From assembly GCA_965246955.1 (NCBI GenBank), contig CBDFGA010000004.1, positions 1,888,100-1,952,099 of the forward strand: DNA of 64,000 nt, read 5' to 3'. The notes under the pieces are model-generated. The model did not search any database and had not been told where the DNA came from. It saw only the letters and a list, made by a program, of their open reading frames with translations. Shown piece after piece: positions 19,486 through 29,474 of the stretch (position 1 is its first letter; each line of letters opens with the position of its first letter). The stretch is from Chthonomonadaceae bacterium (GTDB taxonomy: Bacteria; Armatimonadota; Chthonomonadetes; Chthonomonadales; Chthonomonadaceae). Both the position numbers and the translations under genes were made by a program.

Positions 19486-20712
19486 TTAGCGTTTGATGAC
19501 GTTAGACAGGTTGAAAATCGGCATATAAAGGGCCAGCAGCACGAACAGCACCACCCCGCCAATCGCTACCGTGAGCAGCGGCTCCAGCAGGCGGGTCAGT
19601 TTCTGGACGGTGTACTCCACGTCCCGGTCATAAAAGCGGGTTAGTTCCGTAAGCATCTCATCGAGGTTGCCGGATTCTTCGCCCGCCGCAATCATGCGCG
19701 TCACCATCGGCGGGAACTGCCCGGTGTCCTCCATCGGTTTCCACAGGCGCGAACCCTGCTGCACGAACTCGGCGACTTTGGTCATGGCCTCCGCGATAAT
19801 CACGTTGTTCGCGACGCGGGAGGCGATCATCAGCGATTGCAAACTCGGGACGCCCGCCCGCACCATCGCGGAAAGCGTTCGGGTCAACCGCGCAATAGCG
19901 ATTTTGCGGTTCAGTTTGCCGAACAGGGGCATTTTCAGTTTCAGCGCGTCGAAGCGGCGGCGACCAACGGGCGTCTTGATATAGCGCTGAAACGCGAAAA
20001 ATCCCGCAATGCCGACCGCAATAAAAATCATGTCCCACCAGATATTAAGGACCATATCGCTCAGGGTAATCAGCGAAAGCGTGATTGCGGGCAGCTGCGC
20101 TCCAAACGAATCGTAGAACTGCTTGAAGCGCGGAATCACGAAAACAATCAGGAAGCCGACCACGCCAACCGCAGTGACCAGGACGATGATAGGGTAGGCG
20201 AACGCGGTCTTGACTTTTTCCCGCAATTCCGCCTCTTTGTCGAACTGCTCCGCCGCCGTCTCCAGCGTCTCGTCGAGGACTCCGCCCGCTTCTCCGGCGC
20301 GGATCAGCGCGATATAGAGTTCCGGGAAAACGTTCGGGTGGCGGGAGACCGCTTCGGTGAAACTGCTTCCGCCTAAAATGTCGCGCCGCACCTGCGCGAT
20401 GACCTCAATCAGATACGGATTTTCCGACTGGGCGCTGACGGTATACAGGGCCTCATTGATGGGGATGCCCGCCCGCACCAGCGACGCCAGTTGACGGCTC
20501 ATCACCACCATGTCGTTTATTTTGACGCGCTTTCCCCGCTTCGTGTTCTGCGCGACTCCCCCATCCATCGCGTCGCTTTGCGTCACAGCGCTCGTCAGGT
20601 ACAGATTGCGTTCCCGCAATACTTCCCGCACCGTCTGCACGTCCGCGCTCACGACGCTGCCCGACACCGCGACCCCGTTCTTGTCCCGCGCTTTGTAAAG
20701 ATAGTTTGGCAT
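19486..20712 (-). CDS. pilC: Type IV pilus / T2SS platform protein PilC/GspF
   Basis: Duplicated GspF domains, three TM segments. Start MPNYLYKARDKNG. Longer ORF-track start lies in repeat B1. Confidence 0.9.
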   Translation of the reverse strand: MPNYLYKARDKNGVAVSGSVVSADVQTVREVLRERNLYLTSAVTQSDAMDGGVAQNTKRGKRVKINDMVVMSRQLASLVRAGIPINEALYTVSAQSENPYLIEVIAQVRRDILGGSSFTEAVSRHPNVFPELYIALIRAGEAGGVLDETLETAAEQFDKEAELREKVKTAFAYPIIVLVTAVGVVGFLIVFVIPRFKQFYDSFGAQLPAITLSLITLSDMVLNIWWDMIFIAVGIAGFFAFQRYIKTPVGRRRFDALKLKMPLFGKLNRKIAIARLTRTLSAMVRAGVPSLQSLMIASRVANNVIIAEAMTKVAEFVQQGSRLWKPMEDTGQFPPMVTRMIAAGEESGNLDEMLTELTRFYDRDVEYTVQKLTRLLEPLLTVAIGGVVLFVLLALYMPIFNLSNVIKR

Positions 20713-20722
20713 AGACTGCGCA

Positions 20723-20836
20723 GGGTGTCGGGGTTCGGGTGTCGGGTGTCGAAAAATGCGCTCGCTATCGAAACTTAGTACAGGCTTTGATTGCATGAGA
20801 ATTGTCCGACACCCGACACCCGAACCCCGACACCCT
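20723..20836. repeat. MITE-like element, family B (GGTGTCG heptad arms), copy 1
   Basis: Arms ggtgtcggggttcgggtgtcgggtgtcg / cgacacccgacacccgaaccccgacaccc. Fills the pilB-pilC gap and overlaps the pilB stop. Confidence 0.85.
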
Positions 20837-22568
20837 ATTCTCCTTCCTGGACGCCCAGAACGCGCCCGACCTCTTCCAGCGTGGTGACGCCGAGGACGAC
20901 TTTGCGGACGCCCGCTTCCTTCATTGTTTTCATTCCCTGCCGGACGGCGGTATCGAAGAGCGTGGCGCTCGATTCGCGGCGCAGCGTCAGGTCGCGCAGC
21001 TCGTCGCTCATCGGCATCACTTCGTAGACGGCGGTGCGGCCTTTCATGCCCCGATTATTGCACTTCTGACAGCCGCGCCCCTGCGCCAGCATCGTCGCGA
21101 AGCCTTCGGTGCGGGGCAGGCCCAGCGCGTCAAGGGTGGCGTCGGAGGCGGGAATGTCTTCGCGGCAGTTGGCGCAGACCGTGCGCACAAGCCGCTGCGC
21201 GATCACGCATTGCAGCGCGGACGCAATCAGAAACGGTTCCACGCCCATATTCGTCAGGCGGGAGATCGCTCCGGGCGCGTCGTTAGTGTGCAGCGTGGAC
21301 AGCACGAGGTGACCGGTCAGCGCCGCCTGAATCGCAATCTCCGCCGTTTCCCGGTCGCGGATTTCGCCCACCATGATAATATCGGGGTCTTGCCGGACGA
21401 GGGTGCGCAGGCCGCTCGCAAAGGTCACGCCGATTTTCGCGTCCACCTGCGTATGGTTGACGCCGGGAATCATGTATTCTACCGGGTCTTCCACCGTGCT
21501 GATATTGATATTGGGGTTGTTGATTCGGAAGAGACCGGCCTGAAGCGTGGTGCTTTTGCCGCTGCCCGTCGGCCCCGTCACTAAAATCATGCCGTGCGGC
21601 CTGCGAATAAACTGATCGAAAACTTTGAACTGCTCCGGGAAAAATCCCATCTGCTCTAAGTTCGTCTGCTTTTTGTTGCGCTCCAGGATGCGGATGACGA
21701 CTTTTTCGCCGTAGATCGTCGGCATAATCGAGACGCGCAGATCGTTTTCGCGCCCGCTGTTTTTGTACAGGATGCGCCCGTCCTGCGGGCGGCGGCGCTC
21801 GGCGATATTCATGCGCCCCATGATTTTGATGCGCGACGCGATGGCGGAGCGGTAGTTGACCGGGATATTCATCTGCTCATATAGCAGGCCGTCAATGCGG
21901 TAGCGGATGCGGATGCAGTCCTCGCCCGGTTCGATATGGATGTCGCTAGCGTCGCTGGAGACGGCGCTGGCGATGATATTGCTGACGAGTTTGACAACCG
22001 GCGCGTCCTCCGCGCTGCGCATGAGTTCGTCTTCGCTCTCGCCAAAATCGGCATCCATGCCCGGAATGACGGCGGACTCGGAGATTTCCCGCAGGATCGC
22101 CTGCGCCCTTCCGTTGACATTGAAAATCCGGTTAATGGCGTCGTTGAGGTCGTTGTCAAAGGCCAGCACCGGCGTGATATGCCGATTGAGCAGAGCGGAG
22201 AGTTCGTCAATCGCCCCTAAGTCCAGCGGGTCGGACATGGCGACGATGATATCTTCGCCCCGGTCTGCTATGGGCAGGGCGTGGAGGCGGCGGGCGCGGG
22301 GTTCTCCGGCAAGTCGGGCGGCGTCGGCCTCGATAGGCCAGTCGCTGAGTTCGACGAATCGGCATTTGGTCGCGGCCTCGATGTAGCGTCCGAGGACGGG
22401 GGCGGCGACGCAGCCCATTTGCAGCAGGGTCTCACCGAGGCGCTGCCGGGTCTGAGTTTGGCGGGCGCGGGCTTCCTGAAGCTGCTCCGTCGTAAGCAGT
22501 CCGTCCGCGACGAGCTGCTCTCCGAGATGACTGCTCCGGTTGTAGAAGGGTTTCAGGCTTTCAAGCAT
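20835..22568 (-). CDS. pilB: Type IV pilus assembly / T2SS ATPase PilB/GspE
   Basis: Walker A GPTGSGKST, Asp box, His box, CxxC tetracysteine motif, N-terminal GSPII domain. Confidence 0.95.
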   Translation of the reverse strand: MLESLKPFYNRSSHLGEQLVADGLLTTEQLQEARARQTQTRQRLGETLLQMGCVAAPVLGRYIEAATKCRFVELSDWPIEADAARLAGEPRARRLHALPIADRGEDIIVAMSDPLDLGAIDELSALLNRHITPVLAFDNDLNDAINRIFNVNGRAQAILREISESAVIPGMDADFGESEDELMRSAEDAPVVKLVSNIIASAVSSDASDIHIEPGEDCIRIRYRIDGLLYEQMNIPVNYRSAIASRIKIMGRMNIAERRRPQDGRILYKNSGRENDLRVSIMPTIYGEKVVIRILERNKKQTNLEQMGFFPEQFKVFDQFIRRPHGMILVTGPTGSGKSTTLQAGLFRINNPNINISTVEDPVEYMIPGVNHTQVDAKIGVTFASGLRTLVRQDPDIIMVGEIRDRETAEIAIQAALTGHLVLSTLHTNDAPGAISRLTNMGVEPFLIASALQCVIAQRLVRTVCANCREDIPASDATLDALGLPRTEGFATMLAQGRGCQKCNNRGMKGRTAVYEVMPMSDELRDLTLRRESSATLFDTAVRQGMKTMKEAGVRKVVLGVTTLEEVGRVLGVQEGE

Positions 22569-23423
22569 CGGGCGTTTCTTTCACAGCAGGATCAGCGGCG
22601 TATCGAAACTCGCCTGCGCCAGTTCGGGCGGCAGACGGCAGGGCGCAAACATTTGTTCCCGACGGTCTATTTACGGGGCATGAAACGGGCTTCGGCGGCG
22701 TCGCCTTCGGGCCGACGGGACGGCAGGCAGGGCGGGGGCCGCCGACCGTCTGTGGGCCGGAAAAAGACTCGTTATCAGGGCGAGCATGGCGCGATGCGAT
22801 ACGGTAATCCGCGAGGCGGCGGGGCGGCAGGCGTACCGGGTTCTGCGGTGAGAAGTAACAGTGGGAGAGAGACATTTTCTGAATGGCCTGATTTACTTTC
22901 AACTTCTCTGGCGAATAAGGGCGTAAAATAGAACGCGGGAGGACATTCCTGCTTAGTATAAGCCAAAAAAATTCGGTTGTCAATAGTTTTTTCGGTGTCT
23001 GCGTAAAAAGAGGGTCTGATTTTAGACGTTTCCGCAGGCGTTTGGGTTCAAAAACGCCGTCCTGTGTGTAACTTACCACGTTTGCGGTCGCTTTCGTTTC
23101 AGCGAAACTAACAGCCTGCGTCCAAACCTAAGGGGAATGGACGAAAAAACCGCGCATTTGCGGATAAAGGCGGCGCAAAAATCTTCGCGGCAGTCCGCGC
23201 CGCGTGACGCCGGAATCGGAAGCGGCGCGTATTCTCACAATGGAAAACGGAGAACGCGCCCGCCCTTTTCCCGACGATGTGGCGGAATCTGCGCCGCGTA
23301 GGCCCACAGGCTTGCGCGAACCGGGTAAACGCCGCATAATCGTTGTAGAAAGACAGACGGGCGAAAAAGCCGATATAAAGCAGGTATAATGACCGAAACT
23401 TCCCGACCGAAAGGATTACTACT

Positions 23424-25280
23424 TTGGCGCACACTTCCGAACAATGGCAGGCCCTCGCAACGCAGCTGCGGGCCGACAGCATCCGCAGCACGACCGAGGC
23501 CGGCAGCGGACACCCGACTTCCAGTATGTCCGCCGCCGATTTAATGGCGGTATTGCTTTATGACTACCTGCATTACGACTGGAACAATCCGCATAATGTG
23601 ATGAACGACCGGCTGATTTTTTCCAAAGGCCACGCCGCGCCGCTGCTCTACGCGATGTACAAAGCGGCGGGCGCAATCACCGACGCCGAAATGATGACGC
23701 TGCGCAAAATGGGCAGCCGCATCGAAGGCCACCCCGTGCCGCTTCCCAACGGCCTGCCGTTCGTGGATCTCGCGACCGGTTCGCTGGGTCAGGGGCTTCC
23801 GGCGGGCGTCGGCATGGCCCTGAGCGCTAAAATGCTCGACAAATCGCCCGTGAAAATCTACGTCCTGCTCGGCGACTCCGAAATGGCGGAAGGCAGCAAC
23901 TACGAGGCGCTGGAACTGGGCGGACATTACAACCTGACTAACCTTGTGGCGATTCTGGACATGAACCGCCTCGGACAGCGCGGCCCGACTATGCTGGAAT
24001 GGCATGGGGAAATCTACGCCGCCCGCGCCGAAGCGTTCGGCTGGCGGGCGATTGAGATTGACGGGCAGGACGTGAACGCGGTCAACGCCGCCTACGCCGA
24101 AGCGCAGACTTCGGACAAACCCGTTTTTATCGTCGCGAAAACCAAAAAAGGCGCGGGCGTTTCGTTCCTTGCCGACCATGAGGGCTGGCACGGCAAAGCG
24201 CTTCCGGCGGACAAGGCCGTCGAAGCGCTGGCGGAACTCGGCAACCCGGCGGGCAATGTTCGGACTCCCAATCTCGGCTCGCATCCCGGCGCGTCGGCGC
24301 TGACGGGCGAGGCGAAAGAATTTGTCGCGCCGAAGTACGATCTCGGCGTCAAAGTCGCGACCCGCGAAGCGTATGGCGACGCGCTCGTCGCGCTGGGCGC
24401 GGCGCACCCGAACGTCGTGGCCCTCGATGGCGAGGTTAGCAACTCGACTTTTGCGGACAAGTTCAAGAAAGCGTACCCGGAGCGCTTCTTTGAGCAGTAC
24501 ATCGCGGAGCAGCAATTAGTCAGTTCGGCGGTCGGGATGCAGGTCATGGGCAAAATCCCGTTTGCGTCCACCTTTGCGGCGTTCTTCGCCCGCGCCTACG
24601 ATCAAGTCCGCATGAGCGCGATTTCGCAGGCCAATATCCGCCTTGCGGGTTCCCACGCGGGCGTCTCCATTGGCGAAGACGGCCCCTCGCAGATGGCGCT
24701 GGAAGATTTGGCCTCCATGCGCGGAATCTTCGGCAGCACCGTCCTCTATCCCTCCTGCGCCACGACGACGGCCCACCTCGTCAAGCAGATGGCGGAAACG
24801 AACGGCGTCGTTTATATGCGCACGACCCGCGAGAAACTGCCCGTCCTCTACGGCCCGGACGAGATGTTCCCGATTGGCGGCAGCAAGGTCGTCAAGCAGT
24901 CGGACAAAGATGTCGCTACGGTCATTGGCGCGGGAATCACGCTGCATGAGGCGATCAAGGCGTATGACCTGCTCGCCGCCGAAGGCGTGTCTATCCGCGT
25001 GATTGACCTGTACTCCGTCAAGCCGATTGACGCCGCGACCCTGAAAGCGGCTGCGGCGGCTACGAATGGCAACCTGATCGTGGTGGAAGACCACTGGGCG
25101 CAGGGCGGACTCGGCGACGCGGTGCTGGAAGTGTTCGGCGGCCCCGATGGGCCGCACCCGAACGTGACGCGCCTCGCGGTCAACGCCATGCCGGGATCGG
25201 GCGCTCCGCAGGAACTCGTGGATGCGGCGGGTATCGGGGCCGCCGCCATTGTCGCGGCGGTCAAAGCGACTCAGAAGTAG
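23424..25280 (+). CDS. tkt: Transketolase
   Basis: TPP-binding GDGE-type motif (LLGDSEMAEGSNYEA), HGxxL region. TTG start preceded by AAAGGA. Confidence 0.9.
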   Translation: MAHTSEQWQALATQLRADSIRSTTEAGSGHPTSSMSAADLMAVLLYDYLHYDWNNPHNVMNDRLIFSKGHAAPLLYAMYKAAGAITDAEMMTLRKMGSRIEGHPVPLPNGLPFVDLATGSLGQGLPAGVGMALSAKMLDKSPVKIYVLLGDSEMAEGSNYEALELGGHYNLTNLVAILDMNRLGQRGPTMLEWHGEIYAARAEAFGWRAIEIDGQDVNAVNAAYAEAQTSDKPVFIVAKTKKGAGVSFLADHEGWHGKALPADKAVEALAELGNPAGNVRTPNLGSHPGASALTGEAKEFVAPKYDLGVKVATREAYGDALVALGAAHPNVVALDGEVSNSTFADKFKKAYPERFFEQYIAEQQLVSSAVGMQVMGKIPFASTFAAFFARAYDQVRMSAISQANIRLAGSHAGVSIGEDGPSQMALEDLASMRGIFGSTVLYPSCATTTAHLVKQMAETNGVVYMRTTREKLPVLYGPDEMFPIGGSKVVKQSDKDVATVIGAGITLHEAIKAYDLLAAEGVSIRVIDLYSVKPIDAATLKAAAAATNGNLIVVEDHWAQGGLGDAVLEVFGGPDGPHPNVTRLAVNAMPGSGAPQELVDAAGIGAAAIVAAVKATQK

Positions 25281-25294
25281 ACTGCGCAAAAAAT

Positions 25295-25450
25295 CTATCC
25301 ACGAAACGACACGAAGGGACACGAAACAAGAGAACAGAAGAAAGGGAAAAGGCGACAGGAAAAAGAAATTCGATCTTTACCCTGTCCACCCTGCAAACCC
25401 CGCTCCTCCTGTCTCTTCTTCGTGTCCCTTCGCGTCATTTCGTGGATAGA
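25295..25450. repeat. MITE-like element, family C, copy 2
   Basis: ctatccacgaaacgacacgaagggacacgaaa ... ttcgtgtcccttcgcgtcatttcgtggataga. Confidence 0.85.
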
Positions 25451-25639
25451 TTTTTTGTGGAACTTTTTGCATCCTTTGCCGGTTGAACGGACGAGGCCCG
25501 CTGACGAATCGTAACCATTTCCCGAACATGAAACGCGGCAAAACATTCGCAACGCGACATTTTGTTGTAATAAACGCAACGGGCTGACAATCGCTTCCGA
25601 TTTTTGTATAATAGGTCGAAGCGATAGGATGAGGGCCAG

Positions 25640-26164
25640 ATGCTGGGAAACACGAAAAACGACAAAACGATTTGTAAACAAAGGACGCTGGATGCGACCG
25701 ACCATCAGATTTTGCGCCTGCTCCACGCAGACGGACGCAGGACGCAGGAGAGCATCGCGCACGAGGTTTTCCTTTCCCGCCCCGCCGTCCATGATCGGGT
25801 GAAGCGGCTGGAAGAAACGGGTGTGATTACGGGCTATCAGGCGCAGATTGACTGGCGTAAAGTCGGGCAGGCCCTTTCCCTCTTTGTCTGGGTGCGCACT
25901 TCGGGCGGCAAACTCCACGATCTCGCGGACGCAATTATGACGTTCAGCAACCGCGATACGCTGGTTGAGGAGTGCCACCTCATCACCGGCGACTGGTGTC
26001 TGTTGCTGAAAGTTCGCACCGTCTCCACCACTTCCCTGCAAATTTTGCTTAACCGCCTGCGTGATATGCCCCGCGTCCGCAACACCATGACGACGCTCGT
26101 TCTGTCCTCTGCCGGCGAGAATTTTACCGAAATAGAAACGCAGGATGAGCTATCCACGAAATGA
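25640..26164 (+). CDS. lrp: Lrp/AsnC family transcriptional regulator
   Basis: HTH_AsnC N-terminus (LDATDHQILRLLHADGRRTQESIAHEV) plus RAM domain. Last codons (ELSTK) come from the repeat C3 arm. Confidence 0.85.
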   Translation: MLGNTKNDKTICKQRTLDATDHQILRLLHADGRRTQESIAHEVFLSRPAVHDRVKRLEETGVITGYQAQIDWRKVGQALSLFVWVRTSGGKLHDLADAIMTFSNRDTLVEECHLITGDWCLLLKVRTVSTTSLQILLNRLRDMPRVRNTMTTLVLSSAGENFTEIETQDELSTK

Positions 26165-26276
26165 CACAAAAGAACACGAAAAAAGGGAAGAGGGAAGAAA
26201 ATGCAACCCTAATCCTGAAAAATCCTGTTCATCCTCTCTATTCTTCTTCGTGTCGCTTCGTGTCATTTTGTGGATA
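26150..26276. repeat. MITE-like element, family C, copy 3
   Basis: ctatccacgaaatgacacaaaagaacacgaa ... ttcgtgtcgcttcgtgtcattttgtggataa. Inner aatcctgaaaaatcctgt. Confidence 0.85.
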
Positions 26277-26312
26277 AAAAAAACGCATTGAACTTTTGAC
26301 GGCGGTTGTGGG

Positions 26313-27119
26313 TTGCAACGGGCGAAGGAGAATTGGGCTGTGAAACGACTTGAAAAAAAGCATCCGCTGGCGATCCGCTGGTTCCACTGGATTAACTTTC
26401 CCGTGCTGATGATTATGATCTGGAGCGGGATACTCATCTATTGGGCGGTAGATGACCACACCGAAAAACCGTCTGTCAACAACAACCATTACCGCATCGG
26501 GATTGGCGACCATACGCTGTTTGAGTTTTTCCCGCCCGCGTTCTACCACCCGTTCGAAGTCCTCAATGCGAAAGGCGATGTCGTGCGGCCCGCGCTCTAT
26601 CATCTCGACGTGCGGCTGGCGGAGGGAATGGCGTGGCACTTTTTCTTTATGTGGCTGTTCGCAATCAACGGGATGCTGTACGTTCTTTATACGTTCCTAT
26701 CCGGCGAATGGCGGCACTTGCTGCCCGACCGAAGATCGCTGAAAGAGGCGATTCAGGTTGTGCTGTATGACCTGCATTTAAGCAAATACCACCCGCCGCG
26801 CCGCAAGTTCAACGGGGCGCAGCGGATCGCGTATACCAGTATTATCGTGATGGGCGCGGGGTCGCTGGCGACAGGGCTTGCGATTTACCGGCCCGTGCAG
26901 TTCGGCTGGATTACCACGCTGGTCGGCGGCTACGGATACGCTCGTTTCTTCCATTTCTGGCTCACGCTGGGCTACTGCGGATTCTTCCTTGTCCATGTCA
27001 CGCAGGTCATGCGGGCGGGCTGGAACAATTTCCGCGCAATGGTCACGGGCTACGAAATGACCGATGACGGCCTGCGCGTTCCGGGCTACCACCCGGCGGT
27101 AAAAGAGGAGAGCGCATGA
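26313..27119 (+). CDS. Cytochrome b561 / Ni-Fe-hydrogenase b-type cytochrome family membrane protein
   Basis: Four TM helices with conserved His (HWINFPVLMI, FHFWLTLGYCGFFLVH). Alternative GTG start at 26340 has an AAGGAG SD. Confidence 0.6.
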   Translation: MQRAKENWAVKRLEKKHPLAIRWFHWINFPVLMIMIWSGILIYWAVDDHTEKPSVNNNHYRIGIGDHTLFEFFPPAFYHPFEVLNAKGDVVRPALYHLDVRLAEGMAWHFFFMWLFAINGMLYVLYTFLSGEWRHLLPDRRSLKEAIQVVLYDLHLSKYHPPRRKFNGAQRIAYTSIIVMGAGSLATGLAIYRPVQFGWITTLVGGYGYARFFHFWLTLGYCGFFLVHVTQVMRAGWNNFRAMVTGYEMTDDGLRVPGYHPAVKEESA

Positions 27120-27670
27120 CTGCCTATGCTCCAACGGCGCAGAACGGACGCGCCCCGCATGGCCCGATTGCCTGCCCGATGTGCGGACTGGAAAACGCGC
27201 CGGACGCCGTTTTCTGCGCCAATGAAGCGTGCCACAAAGCGCTGGGCGGTTTCCGCTACGTTTCGGAGGAACTCCACGCAAACCGCCACTGGCACGAGCA
27301 TCTTGCGGAGCGGGTCACGGGATTTATCGGCAAGCCCCGCTTTTTTGTGTTCCATGCGCTGTGGTTTCTGGCGTGGATTGCGTTCAACAGCGGTATGGTG
27401 ATGGCGGTGCGGCAGTTCGATTCGTACCCGTTCAGCCTGCTGGGGATTTTACTGAGCGCGGAGGCGGTTCTGGCGACGGGCTTTATTTTAATCCGGGAAA
27501 ATCAGCAGAACGCCTACGCGGAGAAACGCGCCGAGATAGATTATGAGATTAGTGTGCGGACGTACCGCGAGGTCACCGCGCTGCGCGATTCGCTCGTAGC
27601 AGTCGCGTCGCGCTTAGAGCGTCTGGAAGCGGGCCTGCCCCGCCAGACCGCGCCGACGAGGGAAAAATAG
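27116..27670 (+). CDS. DUF1003 family membrane protein with N-terminal zinc ribbon
   Basis: CxxC..CxxxxC ribbon. RHWHE and LSAEAVLATGFILIRENQQ motifs typical of DUF1003. Overlaps upstream stop by 4 nt. Confidence 0.6.
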   Translation: MTAYAPTAQNGRAPHGPIACPMCGLENAPDAVFCANEACHKALGGFRYVSEELHANRHWHEHLAERVTGFIGKPRFFVFHALWFLAWIAFNSGMVMAVRQFDSYPFSLLGILLSAEAVLATGFILIRENQQNAYAEKRAEIDYEISVRTYREVTALRDSLVAVASRLERLEAGLPRQTAPTREK

Positions 27671-27888
27671 TGATGGAAGAACCGGAAAATCAGGGAACAG
27701 AGAACAGGGAACAGGGAACAGGGGAGAAGGAGAATGTGGCGTCTGGCGCGGAGGTCATCGCTGCGCCCCCGTCTGGCGCGGAGGCATCCGCTGTCGCTGC
27801 CCCGTCTGCGCTGGCGGCGGGCTACCCCGTTCCCCAGGAGCAGACCGAGACGGTCGATGTTTTGACGGGAAATGCGGCGGAGCGGGAG

Positions 27889-28617
27889 ATGCGCCGCATT
27901 TCGCGCCGTAGTTTCCTCTGGGCGGGCGTTGCGATTGCGGGCGTTCTGGGCGGGCGGCACTGGCTGAACTCGCGCAGTCAGATTGACGGCGTGGCATGGC
28001 CTTTGCGCCGCGTTCTGGAGATTAACGAGCAGATTACCCGCGACTATTTCCAGACAGCGCGGCTCTCCCCGACCTTCCCCCGCGCAATGGCCTCGTTCCC
28101 CAAACCGAACGGCGAGTATGGATTGGACGGCGATGTTGACCCGGAATGGAGTCTCAGCCTCGTCGGTCTGCCGGACGCGGAAAAGCCGCTGATGGTCTCG
28201 CTGGACGATCTGAAAAAACTGCCGCGAACGGAAATGGTCACGGAACTCAAGTGCATCGAAGGGTGGAGCAAAATCGTGCAGTGGGCGGGCGTCCGGTTCG
28301 CGGACGTAATCGCGCATTACTGGCCGGTCGCAGATCATCCGTTGAGCGAACTGCCGCAGTACGTCGCAATAGAGACGCCGGACGGGGCATACTACGTCGG
28401 GCTGGACAAAGCGAGCGCCATGCACCCGCAGACCCTGCTTTGCTACGAGATGAATGGCGCCGCCCTGACGGACGAGCATGGCGCTCCGCTGCGCCTCGCG
28501 ATTCCGGTGAAGTACGGCATCAAGAATATCAAACGCATTGGAACGATTCGCCTGACCGACGCCCGACCGAAAGATTACTGGGCGGAACAGGGCTACGACT
28601 GGTACGCAGGGCATTAG
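27889..28617 (+). CDS. Sulfite-oxidase-family molybdopterin oxidoreductase (MsrP/YedY-like), Tat-secreted
   Basis: Twin-arginine motif SRRSFLWAG. Moco-binding region (LKCIEGWSKIVQWAGV). Start 27889 has a GGAGCGGGAG SD. ORF-track start 27670 adds a low-complexity, repeat-encoded extension. Confidence 0.75.
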   Translation: MRRISRRSFLWAGVAIAGVLGGRHWLNSRSQIDGVAWPLRRVLEINEQITRDYFQTARLSPTFPRAMASFPKPNGEYGLDGDVDPEWSLSLVGLPDAEKPLMVSLDDLKKLPRTEMVTELKCIEGWSKIVQWAGVRFADVIAHYWPVADHPLSELPQYVAIETPDGAYYVGLDKASAMHPQTLLCYEMNGAALTDEHGAPLRLAIPVKYGIKNIKRIGTIRLTDARPKDYWAEQGYDWYAGH

Positions 28618-28697
28618 TCCCGGCGTCCTGCGCGGCAATGATGCCGCGAACCCATGCGGCAATCGCGCCGCAAATTTCAAAAAGGAAAAATGAACTT

Positions 28698-28940
28698 ATG
28701 AACACTCGAATTGCAGGCCTGTTTTCGGCCCTGACGCTGTTCGGCGTCCTGACGGTCTCCTCGTCCTTCGCGCAGGACAAAATGGGCAAAATGGACAAGA
28801 TGTCCCACAAAGGCAAAATGGGCCACTCCAAAATGGCGCATAAAGGCAAAATGATGCACGGCAAAATGTCCCACAAGGGCAAAATGATGCACGGCAAGAT
28901 GAGCCATTCCAAAATGTCCCACGACAAAATGAAGAAATAG
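28698..28940 (+). CDS. Small secreted Met/His/Lys-rich repeat protein (putative periplasmic metal-binding protein)
   Basis: Signal peptide ending FAQD, then about eight HKGKM/SHxKM repeats. AAAGGA SD 8 nt upstream of ATG. Confidence 0.7.
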   Translation: MNTRIAGLFSALTLFGVLTVSSSFAQDKMGKMDKMSHKGKMGHSKMAHKGKMMHGKMSHKGKMMHGKMSHSKMSHDKMKK

Positions 28941-28971
28941 GCCATTCCCGCAGGAGTCGCGCAGGCCACCC

Positions 28972-29022
28972 CTGAAAAAGACCGCCGGACAGTTTTCGTG
29001 ACTGACCGGCGGTCTTTTTTGT
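28972..29022 (+). terminator. Rho-independent terminator
   Basis: aagaccgccgg..ccggcggtcttttttg hairpin plus T-run. Confidence 0.75.
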
Positions 29023-29036
29023 GGTATAATGTACAT

Positions 29037-29474
29037 ATGGAAATCGAAAAACAAAAAACGCGAAAACGCGGCAGACCGTCCAACGCGACCACGCGGGCCG
29101 AAAAGTACACGTTATCGCTCGGCCCCGATTTCACAGACTGGGTAAAAAGCCAATCCGGTGGACTATCGGAGTTAGTTCATCGCGACCTAAACTCGCCCGC
29201 ATTTGCCTCCAGCAAGACTTTTGGCGGAACGCTACGCGGCGAGGAGTTAACAATGCCGCGGCAAATGACGAATCTCCGTCGCCCTATACTAGAGCGCCGC
29301 CTGCTTCGAGGGGAGCGCGAGAAATCAGAAGCGGCGCTGGACGCAGCAGACAACCAGAAATGGGACGAATCCTTCGCATCTACACCGACCGCGAAACTTC
29401 GCAAGATGGCGGAAAAAGTCCGGGCAGATTACGCGGCAGGCAAGACACGGCTTGGAGGCTTTGGTGGCGAATGA
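29037..29474 (+). CDS. Putative antitoxin / DNA-binding partner of the downstream toxin
   Basis: TATAAT 8 nt upstream of ATG. Stop overlaps the toxin start (ATGA). Confidence 0.4.
   Translation: MEIEKQKTRKRGRPSNATTRAEKYTLSLGPDFTDWVKSQSGGLSELVHRDLNSPAFASSKTFGGTLRGEELTMPRQMTNLRRPILERRLLRGEREKSEAALDAADNQKWDESFASTPTAKLRKMAEKVRADYAAGKTRLGGFGGE

Noticed and set aside
22561-23079. 172-aa minus-strand ORF upstream of pilB
   Set aside because: Overlaps the pilB start, has no SD and a low-complexity Pro/Arg-rich translation. Treated as non-coding leader.
27690-27730. Possible CRISPR-like array from short tandem repeats (also 31152-31185 and 6210-6240)
   Set aside because: Repeat units are 7 bp with no spacers. 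They form inverted arms of palindromic elements, not 25-40-bp direct repeats separated by unique spacers. No cas genes.
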